Shown in pieces: positions 38,655 through 52,101 of a stretch of 64,000 nt of DNA. The stretch comes from Octopus sinensis (lineage: Eukaryota), in assembly GCF_006345805.1 (NCBI RefSeq), contig NC_043012.1, forward strand, positions 42,780,001 through 42,844,000. The letters run 5' to 3'. Below the pieces are notes generated by a model, which saw only the letters and a list, made by a program, of their open reading frames with translations, ran no database searches and was not told where the DNA came from. Position 1 is the stretch's first letter; each line of letters starts with the position of its first letter. The translations under genes and the position numbers were made by a program.

Positions 38655-40570
38655 GTAAATAATCATTCATTTGTAAAAGTGTTTTTGCTTATTCCTGGAT
38701 ACTATTGAAACAATTGTTTTTGACAGATAAATGCTTTTCCTTCTGCTAATTACTTCAAAAATGAATTTTTTCATGCTCCTTCAATAGAGCTATCTGGAAG
38801 AAAGCTGTTGGGTGAGGGCAGGAGAGAACAGGTAGTAAAATACACAAGTGCTAATAATTTTTAGCTGTAGATGTTGAATTTCACCCTTTCTTTACTATAT
38901 CTCTAGGTAAAAGATGTATTTTAATTAAATTCTAAAATATTTAAGAATTTAAAGTTGGTTTTGTAAACAACTATAACTTTTTGTGTTTTGGGAGAGTCAT
39001 GCCAATAACTCATGCACTGGTCTGTGTGTTATTATTGGCATGATTGCCCTTCCAAGGCTCAGTGTGTGTGTGTGTGTGTTATAATTATTGGTGTAATGAG
39101 CTTCCCAAGACATTGGATTTGTTTCAACTCACAATCTAGCAAACCAAATACAAAAACTATAGTTTTTTTTTTTGTTTTTGATTTTTAATAATGTTGGGCC
39201 TCACGGAGGCGATGACAAGTGACTGAGACCTTTGGCAATATGCTGTGCTTGTCAAACCCAGTGAAATTGTAATTGCGACCATTGCCGGAGTCATGTAAAT
39301 GGCACCTGTGCCAAAGACATGTAAAAAACATCCATTACGCTCTCGGAGTGGTTGGCATTAAGAAGGGCATCCAGTTGTAGAAACCATACCAAATCAGACC
39401 TGGTGCAGCCCTCTGGTTTATCAGTTCCAGTCAAACTGTCTAACCCACACCAGCATGGGAAACGTCAAATGACAACGACGATGATGATGATGTTGTTTTG
39501 AGCACTACAAAAAGCTCTCTTACAATTTTTGCCCGAAAGATGCTCCAATTACAAGTAAGTACAAGTAAAATCAGTAACATTTATCCCCACTTAAATGTAG
39601 ATGTTCTGTTAAAACAGACTATACTGCAGCTGATACCATGAGAGAAACTGGTTTCTGGTGCAAAAATTACTCACATCACTAGCAATATAATCAGGCATGC
39701 TTTTTGCACCAGAAGCGTTTGTGAATGATATCTTTTGAAAAGATTAGCACCACAACACTTGTCTTGATGAGTTCTATCATATGAGGTAAAAAAAAATTTA
39801 TAGGTTTTGAATTTGCTTTTAAGCATTAGTAGTTTTTCTATTAAAAACTTTTTTTGACATAATTTACATCATCAGATTCCTCTAATGAGATCTATCAGAA
39901 AAGTTGAATTTAAATATAGTTTTCTTTTGAAATAAGAATAATATTTGGAGTCAAAGTCAATTTCAGGTGTTAATCTCCTTTTTTTTCCGCTAGTTTTTAC
40001 CTCAGTACTTTTTGTCTACTGAATACTTTTGCATGATCTATCATATAGGCTAAAATAAAATATAAATTTAAAAAAAAACAACTAAAAAATAAACAAGCAA
40101 AAAAACATTTGGACTCAGTTGATTTCAGGCTTTACACACCTGTTTCTGACCTGACATATTTACTGAAACTTTTTTTTCTACCAAAGCATTTTCAAATTTT
40201 ATAGCTGAAAGTGTAGCTTAGGATGTGACCAATCTAAAAATGTAAGCATCATCTGGTTAAAAACTGAGTTAGTGGCAAAGCCTAGAAGTGGTCGCGAGTG
40301 ATTAAATGTTGACCTTAAAAATATTATTCATACACTACTGTGTGTGAATGATATATATATGATTAGGTTTTATAAATATTTCTCAAATTTACTTTGAATT
40401 TTTTGTTTACCTGTAATTTTAATTTGCCTGTAAGGTGAGTAACAAGTTTTGATTTAATTTCTCTTGTAAACAAACATAAGTTTGTTTTTGAAGTGTTGAA
40501 ATGTATTGTAGACCAAGTAGAAAGTATATATAAAGGATAAAATCCTTTTAAGAGCAGAAAAATTTGCTGG

Positions 40571-40648
40571 CAACCAGCTTTGAGGATCGAACTCACACCC
40601 CTCCAATATCCGGTTGGAGTGCTCTCTCCTTTAAGCTAAACTGCTGAC
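40571..40648 (-). other. tRNA-like sequence (SINE head or tRNA pseudogene)
   Basis: A-box-like TAGCTTAAAGG, B-box GTTCGATCC, anticodon arm ctccaa-CCGGATA-ttggag and T arm tgag/ctca; lacks the conserved U33. Confidence 0.55.
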
Positions 40649-40789
40649 CGGTGAATAATTCTTCAATTTTAGAAGTTATAAAGTCATCCAGAAATGCTAG
40701 ATGTCATATAGAGAACGTCATATGTATACAAACCTAAGTTTGTTTTTGAAGCACTGAAATGTATCATAGAACAGGTAGAAGGATGTATT

Positions 40790-43700
40790 TTTCAACATGC
40801 AGGACAGTTTCACCATCCTGCTTGCATCTTGCTCAAACCATCAATGGCGCACACCCATGTCTAAAGACCTTTTCTTGAACCAGTAAAGCTCCTCTGTAAC
40901 ATTGGCAGGCCAGGGACTTTTGGTAATTATCCATAGGCCCCGGCCCAAATGTTCTTTGGAACAGGTTGGCCAGTTGATCTTTGTCGAAGCCCAGAGTTTC
41001 TCCCAGGACGTCGTTACACTTAATTTCTACTAACCCTTAAACTTAAACTCAACTAACGAGGTAGTACACCCCGCCATCGGCATTGCCTGACTGGGAGAGA
41101 AGCACGTGTGCCTGATGGCACTCTGCATGCCACACACCCAACCTCTGTCTATACTTGATCTATGGGTTCAGTTTGGTAAACGATGTGAACTGTGGAAACA
41201 ACAGCTTGATGAACAGAGACCACATCTGCTCACCGTCCAGGTAAAACCCGAGGTGCCTAAGAGGTGTCTGCGCATTTTTAGCCACAGCATCCCTAGCCCA
41301 CCCTTCAGTGGCTTTTGGCAGCAGATGGAGCGCCTTACAAGAGGTCTGCTGCCCCTCCACAAAAAGCGAAAGAGCATGCATTCCAGTTTGTTCAGCCACG
41401 AATCGGTCAGGTAGTAGGTGATTACAGAGGCGATAAACACCTCTCCAACCTCCGCCCTCCCTTTCAAGGACAGCCTCCGCTCAGACCAGGTCTGAGTTAG
41501 GAGTGCTACCTCGCTCCAATTCCTCTCTATCTGGAGATCTGGACCTAACCAGACTCCAAGCATTTTTACTGGCCCTTCCATCCAACGTCCCACGACGCTG
41601 TCGGAAGGCATTGACTTGCCCCTACAGGTGCCGGTTTGCAAGCCGATCAATTTATTCCAGTTGATTTTCGCTCCTGCCAGCGTTTTGTAATCCCTTAAGG
41701 CCTCACCTACCCACTGTAGGTGCTTGACCTGGGATACGATGACAGTGATGTTGTCCGCATATGCTGAAGTTGACTTTCCACACCCTAGATCTTGCGGAGC
41801 GTCCCTCATAGCTTCCAACCTCCTCGGCAATGGCTTGAGGGCCAAAACGTAGAGAAGTGGGGAGAGGGGGCACTCTTGATGTACCGAATGTTCAATGCTG
41901 AATGGCTCTGAAAAGAAAACGTTCACCTGAACTACTGATTCAATGTTGCTGTATAAAGCGTTAATCCATCTGTGGACGGTCGGCCCGAAGCCATCCGCCA
42001 TGAGGACCGCCGCCAGATACTGATGGTCTACCCTGTTGAATGCTTTCGATTGGTTTAAATGGACCATACCCCCACCCTTGCCAGGAATCCTATTTACCCT
42101 TTCTAAGACATAGCGTAGAAAGTGGAGATTGTCGTGGATGGTCCTGCCAGGGATGGTGCAAGGTTGTGCCTCGCCAACAAATTCACCCATGACCTGCACT
42201 AACCTTTTTGCTAAAACCTTGGCCAAAATCTTCAACTTTGCATTAAGCAGAGTGATGGGCTGAAAATTATCAATTAAATCACCCTTGTTTGGGTCCTGTT
42301 TTAGTGCCACCACCCCTTGGCTCACAGACTTGGGAATTCTCTCGTTCTACTGCCTGTTGGTGTACACGCATGCAAGTAGGTGCCCAAACAAGTCTGGCAT
42401 GCTACTATAGAGTTTGTAAGGCAGACCATTGAGTCCCGGCAATTTGTTCCCACTGCAGTCTGCCAACACATCTTTGATTTCCTTGGCTGTGATTGGCGCT
42501 TCACAAAATTCTGCATCCCGCCCCGACAGATATGGCAAACCGGCCAGGAAGTCTGCAAGCTTTTCCTTGTGCTCCAGTCTGCCACTCCTCATGAATATTT
42601 GGGTTCATTTACTGATCGACCATATGGGTCCGTCAAAGATCGAATGGTTGAGTTGTTGCCACACTGGCTCTCTACCACCCGGGCCCATCCGGCCACGTTG
42701 ATCCCTTCCTGTCTCATTGCACGTATCTTAGCCCTGACAATGCACCCTTCGTGTTTAGCATTGAGATGTTGGTCGAGTGCCAACCTTGCCGCTAACACTT
42801 TCGATGCACCGCCTGACCTCATTTCCTCGTCTACTGCCTCAACTAGTTCCTTTTCTACTAGCTAATTCTTTTCTAAATATAATTGACTCAAATTTGATGG
42901 CTCTTTTCCAATAGCGACTTGTTTAGCTTCCAGTAACTGGTACCTCGTCTTCACATACTATCTAGGTCGTGCATACAGGTCAGTAATTTGTGATTGATGT
43001 AGCTGACGATATGGTGTTGTGGACATCTAAGTATTTTCTTATCTTTCTTTCTAGTAATGATTCTATCTATGTAAGATCTGGACTACCCGTCATTTCTTGC
43101 CCAGGTCCATGCTGGAATGTCTGGGTGGCCCAGTCTGAATCGATCTGCCAACTTAAAATGACTTAGCAGATCGTTGAGGTAAGGGTATCCCCTCCTATTC
43201 TTTCTCGAGCCAACATAATTTATGCGGGCATTGCAAATTGTGTTGAAGTCGCCGAGCAATAGTAACGTGTTCGACATGCCAAGAAAATTCTGTCTGGCTT
43301 TTCCTTCACAGGGAGCATAGACAGCGACCAGCCTAAACACTTTACCACTGCTGTGCGTCACATGCAAAACAACCAACCTGCCTTCTGGATCTATAAAGAC
43401 AGTTCTAATCACTAAATCCAGGTTTTTCCTGACTAGTACTGCCACTCCTCGCCCCCTCCCAGTTGGCAGGGAGAAACATATTTCTCGTAGCCGTTTAGAA
43501 GGGGCGAAAAAGCCTGCAGCCCACTCAGTTTGGATTCGGTAATTACAACTACGTCCAAACGATGCAACCCAAGGTCGTCAAGGAGGCAACCTTGCTTCCA
43601 ATCCGACCCCAGACTGCGTACATTTAAACAACCGACTTTAAATGAGAATGTGAAAGATAAATCATATGTTTAAAAATTACTGTTTTAATGGGAGAGAGGG

Positions 43701-45315
43701 TGTAGTTTCACCCTCCTCATTTCTGTCTGCAAGTGTTGAGGTTTGCGAGGTCATTTTTTTAGAGAATTGCCTGTACAGATGGCTCGAAAAGTTCATCTGT
43801 AACAGGCTGATGTCCTCCGCAAAAGATTTTTTTAGTTTGAAATAGTCTGTGTTGTCGATAATATAAAACTCGACATTTGCAAGAATTGTTTTATTTAAAT
43901 CTGTTGCGATATATTTTTTCGACGACTTCATTAAAACAATTTGGTCTCTCAAGAGTTTGTTATTTTTGTTTATCGCTGTGAAGTTGTTTCTCTTTTTTTT
44001 TATTAGGCGATTGTGGAGGGGTATGTGTGTGTGCTTGTAGATGCGTAGGTGTTTGTAGGTGTCTGTGTTTGTGTGTCCTTTTTCCAGTGTGTGTGTTTTT
44101 TTGGCTAAGTGTGTGTTTGTGGGTGTGCTTTCTCTCTCTCTCTCTCAGCATAGTCCTGTGTATCCGAAGAGGGGGGGTCGTTTCCGTCTTCTTTTTGAAG
44201 GTTCCATGGTGACCCACTCCTGGTGTTGTTGTTGTTTTCTCCCGCTGTCGACTGTACCTCAGTAGTTTGTGCGCGTGACATGATTGCTATTTCTAGTGGT
44301 GTGGTCATTGTCTTCATTGCCTTTTCTGTTGTGTTTCCTTTGATTGTTTCTTTTTTCTTACAGTTCGACCTTATGTGGCCTTTCTCACCACATTTATAGC
44401 ACCTCAGCTTTCGCCCCTCGACTACCACCATCAGGCTGGTATCTTCCCCAATTATAATTGAACAGGGCATTTCTTCTCAATCGATGGGGTTTGCTTGAAT
44501 GAAGAGCTCTAAGGCTTGTCCAACCCAGTTCATGTGGTGGTATCTCTTCGCCCGTAGAATGGTAATTTTTTCCTCTCTGCCCATGAGGATAGCAGCTACC
44601 AGCCAGGCCACATATATTTCGGGTGGTATATCACTGACCCTAACTTTGGAAGTTCTCCTTCCTAAGTTGACTTCAATGTCATTGTTGAATGTTCTCTGGC
44701 TTTTTCTTCGATAGGGAAACGCACTGCCGAAGCAACTACCCCTTGCTATATAACTTGTTTGTTGCCATATTGGCCTCAAGCATTTCTCTATGGCTTCCCT
44801 CGTCACGAAGTCAATTTTTCTATTTTTGATGTGGTAAGTCTTATATGTTTAGTGTTTTTCTCTCCGTCATGTTGATTAATTCACTGGGGGGTAGCAGCTT
44901 CATATTTTCACCTTGTAGTAAACTTTGATATTTTAAAAAATCTTCCTTGCTTATTTCAATATTTTCACAGGGGCGACTTGCTGCATTCACAAAATTAACT
45001 CTAGATTTTTCTTGTTGTGTAGCCTCACTAAACATTTTATCGTCTGCCTTTGTAGCGAGTGCATGCGATGCTTCTATATCTTTACCGCTATGCCTTGAAA
45101 CAAAATTTCAAAGATTTCCTTGGACTCTGAAGAAATTGGTGGCAAATTCATGTTTTTAGCTGTTTCCTCCTTGAAACAAGGGGGAAAAGACAGCAAAATT
45201 CTGCTGTAACAGCAGAAAAGAAGTGGTCTCGATGACCAAAATGGTAAATTTTCACAATCTTCAGCATAAAGACAATCTTTCACAGTGGAGCAAAGAATAA
45301 CACGGCCAAAAAACA
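40790..45315 (-). mobile_element. Tx1-clade LINE, copy B, 3'-truncated
   Basis: ORF1 with CYKCGEKGHIRSNC knuckle (44105-44470), APE (GDFNTI), RT ORF 41168-42325 (CPLSPLLY, YADN); breaks off just after the CKQDGETVLH motif. Confidence 0.88.
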
Positions 45316-45327
45316 GCAGAAGTCACT

Positions 45328-45753
45328 AGTGGCAGAAGTCACTAGAAAAACTCTTATATATTTGCAAACAGGCCTTTTCTTTCATCGTGATCTGGTGATT
45401 ACCGCCCGTTGATAAGAGGCAATAACCTCGAAACCATGGTCTGGTGCGTATCACTTAGGCTTACGAGAAAGGGATGGCCTCCCTTTGCAAATACCATAAG
45501 GGCACAGATAGTGTGCCTAAAGCCAGCTGGAGACGATGATCTTCTGGGGCTAAAAAGCTACAGTAACACCCCCCTTTGTGGTTAGCCATATTGAGATGGC
45601 TATTATACTTTACATTGTCGAGCGATTACTGTTTACATCTCGTTCTGAGATTTAATAATGCTTACAGACAGTTTTTTGAAATCAGTGGCAGAAGTCACTA
45701 GAAAAACTCCTATGTATTTGCAAACAGGCCTTTTCTTTCATCGTGATCCGGTG
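45328..45753 (+). repeat. 356-bp tandem unit (one full copy plus the start of a second); candidate structured RNA gene
   Basis: agtggcagaagtcactagaaaaactc starts at 45328 and again at 45684; the second copy is interrupted by Tx1-C and resumes at 52102-52357. Confidence 0.9.
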
Positions 45754-48700
45754 TTTTGACTCATCTAGGGACCCCTCTTTCATCTGCGTATTGAGAAGTT
45801 AGCTGCCTATTTTGTTGAGTGAGTTCGTTTTTTGTTCGTCGTTGTTTGTGTTTGCTCGTGAATTGAACAGTTATCCGTTGTGTGACAGTAATTTTTGCCC
45901 TACAGGGCTGAAAATTCTGTGTATAAACATTGTTATTACCTTCGGGGTAATTTTTTTTTTTATTGAAAAATTGGTTCTCATAATTTGAGAAATGCAGTTC
46001 GACTTGGTGTCGAGGAGCAACTTTCCCGTGATGGGAAAAGGTGAACAGAAGGATATCGAGGTTAAAAAACAGTCTTTTTCGGCTGCAGTGAACGGAACCG
46101 TAACGGAAGTAGAATTTAAAATAGAACAGTTGTTCAAATACCGGAATTTGGTAAAAAAGGAAGGCAACGAAATAAAACTGGTACCGCCGCAAGCGATATT
46201 ACAGGAAATAAAGGCCAAGACAGTTGTATACAAGGTTTACAGTAACAAAGAGAAAAAAATAATGGACGTGAAGAACGAAATAGTAGAGAAGTGCTTGTCC
46301 CCGGTGTGGAGCAAAATTCGCTACGTCGGTCGAGGTGCCCGCAGCGCTACCGTTGAAGTACATTTCGACTCGGCTGATGTGGCAAGAGAGATTTCATCGA
46401 TGACCTTAAAAAGTGAGGACATCATGTTACTACCTACTTATATGGGAAAAAGAACTGCGAAACTATATGTGGAAGACATTACAAGAGGATATGATATAAT
46501 GTGGGTAGCAGCGGCGGTTCTGCACGACGTAGAGCAGAAAGTTTCAATTCTGCAGATGAAAAGGAAAGAGGAGGTAAACTGGAAGGGACAAGCACTCGAA
46601 CTCCTCGTTTAAGCAGAAAATAATGTGCTAGAAAACTTACCCGATAGGGTATTTATTGAGGAGGGAATTACAATGAGAGTGTCAGTGGAGGGGCGCAGAC
46701 CTAGGTGTTTCAAATGTGGTGAAAAGGGTCACATCCGCTCGAACTGCATAAAAAAAAAGAAAAACAGCGAAGCCCCTCCTCAAAGTGCTTCAAACACAGA
46801 AAAAGAAAAGGCGGAAAAAGACCCCAAGACTACGACAAGGAAGGGAATCGAAACGGAAGATAAAAATGAACAAAAATGGAATTTACACATGTGACACACA
46901 AAAGAAAAAAAGAGAATACCCTGGACTCCCCTCCCCAAAGAAAAAATCAGCAAACACCGCAGAGATACATACAAAACAAATTCCCCAGCCCTACCCCCAC
47001 GGCACTGTCCCTCCCCATAAAACAAGATTGGAAAAAATTGATTTAAAAAAATGAAAAGATTGTAGCATTCGATGAGAAGAACGATAGAGTGTTTAAGTAT
47101 TTAAAATTTTCAAAACTGAAATTATTCAGTAAGTCTGCAGACACTAAGTCGACCACTCGTTTTGCAAAAATAAAGGAAGACGAGTGGAAGGAAAAAACAC
47201 TCCAAGAACATTTTAAAAATAACCTCATTAGAGATGTAACCAACGAAATACTGGAGGGCAAACTTACAATAACCCCGGCAACCACACCTACCCAGAGCCC
47301 TGCAGCTACGACCACAAGGGAGGAAGAAGGGGAAGCATGCAGATTTAAACTGTCATGCTCCCTGTCCCAACCGTAAGTTTATTTTTTTCTCTCTCTCCGA
47401 CAATGGCAAAGCTGGGTTGTGTGAATGTGCGTGGAATGGGGTCGAAATGGAAACAAATTTGTCTCCTGAACGACCTCACGACACACGGAGTGGACGTAGC
47501 TATTGTAACCGAGTCCAAGATGAACGGGGCCCAAGCGTTCTCGCCTCTTCTAAATGGTTTCGAGAAATTTATTTCTCCTAGCCGAGGAGGAGGAAGGGGC
47601 GTGGCAGTCCTTATCAGGAAGAGCTTGGACTTGCAGGTAAGTACTGTCTTTCTGGACCCAGAAGGCAGGCTGGTCGTTCTGGATGTGACCCATGTAAGTA
47701 AACAGTCCTTCAGGTTGGTAGCTGTCTACGCTCCGAATGAGTGTAGGCAGTCGGGTTTTTTTCGGAATCTGGAGCACTTTTTAGTGACGTCGAAAACGGT
47801 AGTCTTAGTAGGGGACTTTAACACTGTCCTCGAAGCGCGGGTCGACAGTGTTGGCTCAACCAATAGGAAGGGGAACCCTAGTCTCAAGGGTCTACTAGAG
47901 AGCTTTAATCTAGTAGACCGTTATCGACTGGATGAGCCGAGCGTTCCACAGTGGACGTGGAGTAATAACGACGGCTCACGCAGATCGTATATACATAAGA
48001 TATTCGTTAGGAAAAGAGATAAGGATACGTTTAGTTGTCCACAGTTTCACATTGTGCCTTACACGGATCACAAATTTGTGACTTGTAGGGTGCAATTAGA
48101 TAAGTGTCATAGACAGGGACCCGGGTACTGGAAGCTGAACAAGTCTATTTTGAATTGTGAAGACTTCCGTACCCGGATTAAGGTGTTAGTACAGAGGGCA
48201 TTATGTGGCACCATCATTAACAATAGATGGTGGCACTCCCTCAAAAGAGCCATTCGTTCAGAGTCCATTAGATTTAGCAATCAGCTAAGGTTAGATAGGT
48301 CTAGGATAGAGGACGATTTAGTTAAGAATCTAAACGAGGCAATGGAATCTGGCTCTGCATCCGGAGTGATGGCGGCAAGGACGGTATTGTACCGTCACCT
48401 TAACTCCAAACACGAAGGTTGCAGAGTTAGAGCTAAGCTACGCGCAGGGAAACGAGAAGGTATTAACGTTGCCGGATGGGCCTGTCGAGTGGAGAGTCAG
48501 AGAGGCAACAAAGCTTCAATCAAGTCTTTAACTGACGAACAGGGACACAAGATCTATGGACAGGAGGAGATGCAAAAGTTTCTTCACCAGCATTTCGCCT
48601 GCGCGTTTGGGGGTGGTGGTTCGCTGGAGCCGGGCAGGGCCTTAACCCATTCGATACCAAATCGCCCAAAGCCGCCCGAAAAAAATTTTGGTTAATGTGA

Positions 48701-51700
48701 CCAAACCGCCCAAACTCGCCCGTATTTACCTATTCATATTTAAATGAGAATATCAGAGCAAATCTCTTTAGTACATTCGTGAAAACACGTATTATACTTC
48801 GTAAAGAGTTCAACTACAGTTTTGTACAACAATCTAAGTGTAATTTTAATTCCGTGAATTTTGGGAGATTTTTTTCCGAAATTTGTTCCTATTGTGTTTT
48901 CAAAATTTGTAATTCTGACAAAAAATGGATACGAATTTCATTATATCAAGCAGCGAGTCAGAATTCGAAGGATTTTCTACTGAAGACCTTCATAAATCTA
49001 ACTCAATGACTGAAAAAAAAGCACGTGGTATTTGATAATGAATCTGATGTTTCATTTTCCGAAAGTGAAAATAGTGAATTCGAGAGCTCCGACAGCGATA
49101 AAGAAAATGAATTGGCACCTGAATGGAGTGAAAATTTAAAAACTGTTTCTTTCGGTGATTTTTCTGAAGAAACTGGACCAAGCCACAGACTTTCCCAGAA
49201 GAGTAAAGCCTTAGACTATTTCTTTTTACTTTTTCGAATGAGCCCATTTGAAATCATTACGGCGGAAACGAACCGTTACGCTAAACGTAAACAAAGCGAA
49301 GGAAAAGATAGTTAGTGGTTTCCCATAACCTTAAATGAAATTAAGACTATTTTGCCGTAAATATTATTATGGGTATCAGAAAGTTACCCAGAATAACAAA
49401 TTCTATCGTAAAATTTTGTTGTATACCCAATTGAATATTAGCTAATAACCCATTTTCTATAGCGATGTTTGAACAAAATTTTAATAATTTTATATTTTGT
49501 TGAATTTACCTGTATCTACCTGCAATTAGAGTCACTTTGTGACAAAAATTATAGTATAGAATTGGTTGAGAACATTTCATTAAATTATCTTCCAAAATTC
49601 GCGTTAATATATTGATAAATAAAAAAGTTATAGTTGTTTAATGAAACCAGACTAAATATATGATTATGTCAGAAATTAATTGAAACACATAAGGGGTGTA
49701 TTTTGGTCAGAAATATAGTAACGAAAGGGTTAAAGGACTTCCCAGCCGGCGGACCGCGGTTCTCGGGGCGTGAGGTGGAGTGCTGTGAAGGAGTGATCAC
49801 TCCCGCGGAGATAGAGGGGGTACTGGCCAGATGTGCCGGGGTTGGATGGTCTGCCCTACGAGTTTTATCAAAGTATGCCGGACTTGTTCGGGGGAATACT
49901 GGCAGGCGTCTACGCGAACTGGCAGCAGAACGGGAGAATTCCCAGTGGTGACGCTAATCCAGAAAGACCCGAGCAAGGGGGATAACATTAGTAATTACAG
50001 GCCCATAACTCTACTTATTGTAGAGTTAAAGATTTTGGCCAAGGTGTTGGCAAAAAGGTTGATGACTGTCGTGGAGAAACTTGTAGGGAAAGCACAGACA
50101 TGTGCAATTCCAGGCAGGTCGATCCAGGACAATCTTCACCTTATACGCTACACCTTAGATAGGGTGGGTAAATTAACCGGCAAGGGCGGGGTAATGGTCC
50201 ATTTAGACCAAAGTAAAGCGTTCGATAGGGTAGACCATAAGTACCTGGCGATGGTCCTCGAAGCGGCTGGACTGGGCCCTGAATTTCGCGGGTGTATCTC
50301 CGCTATGTATAGTGGCATCAAGTCCACCGTCCAGATAAACGGTTACCTAATGGAACCGTTTTCGATCGAATGTTCAGTTCGTCAAGGGTGCCCCTTGTCA
50401 CCACTTTTGTACGTGTTGGCTCTCGAGCCATTGCTGCGAAAGTTGGAGAGGCTGGGAAGTAACCCGGATGAGATCGGAGGCGGGAGGACGGTTTCTGCTT
50501 ATGCGGATGACGTCACCCTCATCGTGTCCAATGAGGCTCAGCTACCTTGTGTAGTAGAAGATGCTATCAGAGGATACGAGGCGGTGGCAGGAGCAAAAGT
50601 TAACAAGGACAAGTCGATTGGCTTACGCCTCGGCACCTGGAGGAGCAAGTCGATATCGTCCAGTGCCGTGGGACACTGGACAGATGGTCCTGTTAAGTTG
50701 CTAGGAGTTTGGTTTGGCCAGACTCCCAAACGGAGAGGAATTGGAGTGAGGTGACGGGCAAGGTGGAGGCCATAGTACGGACCTGGTCCGGAAGGTTTCT
50801 GTCCTTGAAAGGAAGGGCGGAGGTGGTACAGATGTATATTGCATCTGTAATCACTTACCGCCTGACCGTTGTCCCTTGCCCCGATTCATGGCTTAGCAAG
50901 TTGGAGCGAATCCTTTTCTGCTTTTTGTGGAAGGGAGGAAAGCCACTTGTGAGGCGCTCCGTTTGCTGCCAGGAACTGTTAAAGGGTGGGTTAGGAATGC
51001 CTTGGTTGATGATGCGCAGACATGGTTGAGGCTGAAGCATCTCTGGCACCACCTGGAGGGTGATAAGGTGTGGAGTCTGCTGGCAGGGGAATTTTTCCCA
51101 AGACCGGCTTCCTTAGTGAATTTTAAACCCGGTTGCATCAAAAGACGGAATCTGACTTTATGGCAAAAGGAGTGCCGACAGGCACTCACGCTGATCCACA
51201 AGGCGGGCAAGGCTGGCTGCGGAAATACCACCTCGGTATTTTATAGCAGGCTGGTAGAGGCAAAGAACGACGACGTCCTAGGAGGAGCTCTGGGGTTCGA
51301 CGAGGACCAGCTTACCAACCTGTTTAAAAATACTTTCAGGACGGGGTATTTGGATAATTTCCAAAGATCCCTAGCCTGGCAGTGTTATAGGAATGCTTTA
51401 CCTGTTCGCGAGAAGTTATCGCGGCACGGAATTTCAGTGCCACCGACATGTCCAAGATGCGGGTTGGACGATGAAACCATCCAGCACGCTTTTGTACACT
51501 GTCGGCAGTTGTCAGACTTGATAAGTTACGCAGAACACGTGTTATCGCATCTGGGACGAGTACAGCTGTCGGCTGAGTCTATGATTAAGATGATACCGCC
51601 AACTGGACTCTCGAAGGAAGGTGAGGCATGTTTTCACTGCACGGTTGCAGTAGTAAAAGAATGCATGTGGCGTACAAGAATGGAAGGAGTCGCAATAGGA

Positions 51701-52101
51701 TCCTTTGTCTCAGGCCCCGGCTTGCTCACTTACTTCAGATATCATCTGAAGAGCAAAATGGGGCTGGAAAAGAAGACCTTACCACGAGGTATGTATGAAA
51801 AAAGATGGAAGGAAGTGGCGAAAAAGGTGGGTGTCAGAAACCCAGTTTAACTATGGATGGAGAAGAAGAAAGGAAAGCTGCTGGGCCTTATAGGTTGCCG
51901 GGGTTTAAAATATATCAGTAAGATTTCAATCTAATGTAATGTTATATTAGTCAATGCAAAGGACAATTTAAATACAGTTTTTTGTATAATGAATAATCCA
52001 TATATTTTGGAAATTTTTAAACGAACCACTTAACTGTTTTTTGTATGTATGTCCTGTATTGTTCTTCTATGTACTGATTTTATAATCATAATAAAGAATT
52101 A
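45754..52101 (+). mobile_element. Tx1-clade LINE, copy C, full-length with TSD, interrupted by a piggyBac
   Basis: ORF1 45992-about 47375 (CFKCGEKGHIRSNC; one nonsense codon and frameshifts); ORF2 from ATG 47403 (APE, RT QGCPLSP/YADD, CPRCGLDDETIQHAFVHC) to 51850. Duplication atcgtgatc(c/t)ggtg at 45740-45753 and 52102-52115. Confidence 0.93.
48646..49729 (+). mobile_element. Internally deleted piggyBac DNA transposon
   Basis: TTAA duplications at 48642-48645 and 49730-49733; termini CCCATTCGATAC / GTAACGAAAGGG; PGBD-like ORF 49025-49315 (DYFFLLF...IITAETNRYA), continuing WFPITLNEIK...IIMGIRKLP. Confidence 0.9.

Noticed and set aside
45380-45400. TCGTGATC match to U1 snRNA (antisense) and GGCCTTTT match to U2
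   Set aside because: Only 8-nt matches; the surrounding sequence does not follow U1 or U2.
45532-45649. C/D box snoRNA reading (ACGATGA ... CTGA) of the 356-bp unit
   Set aside because: No terminal stem, and the C-box-like segment is deleted in the other copy.
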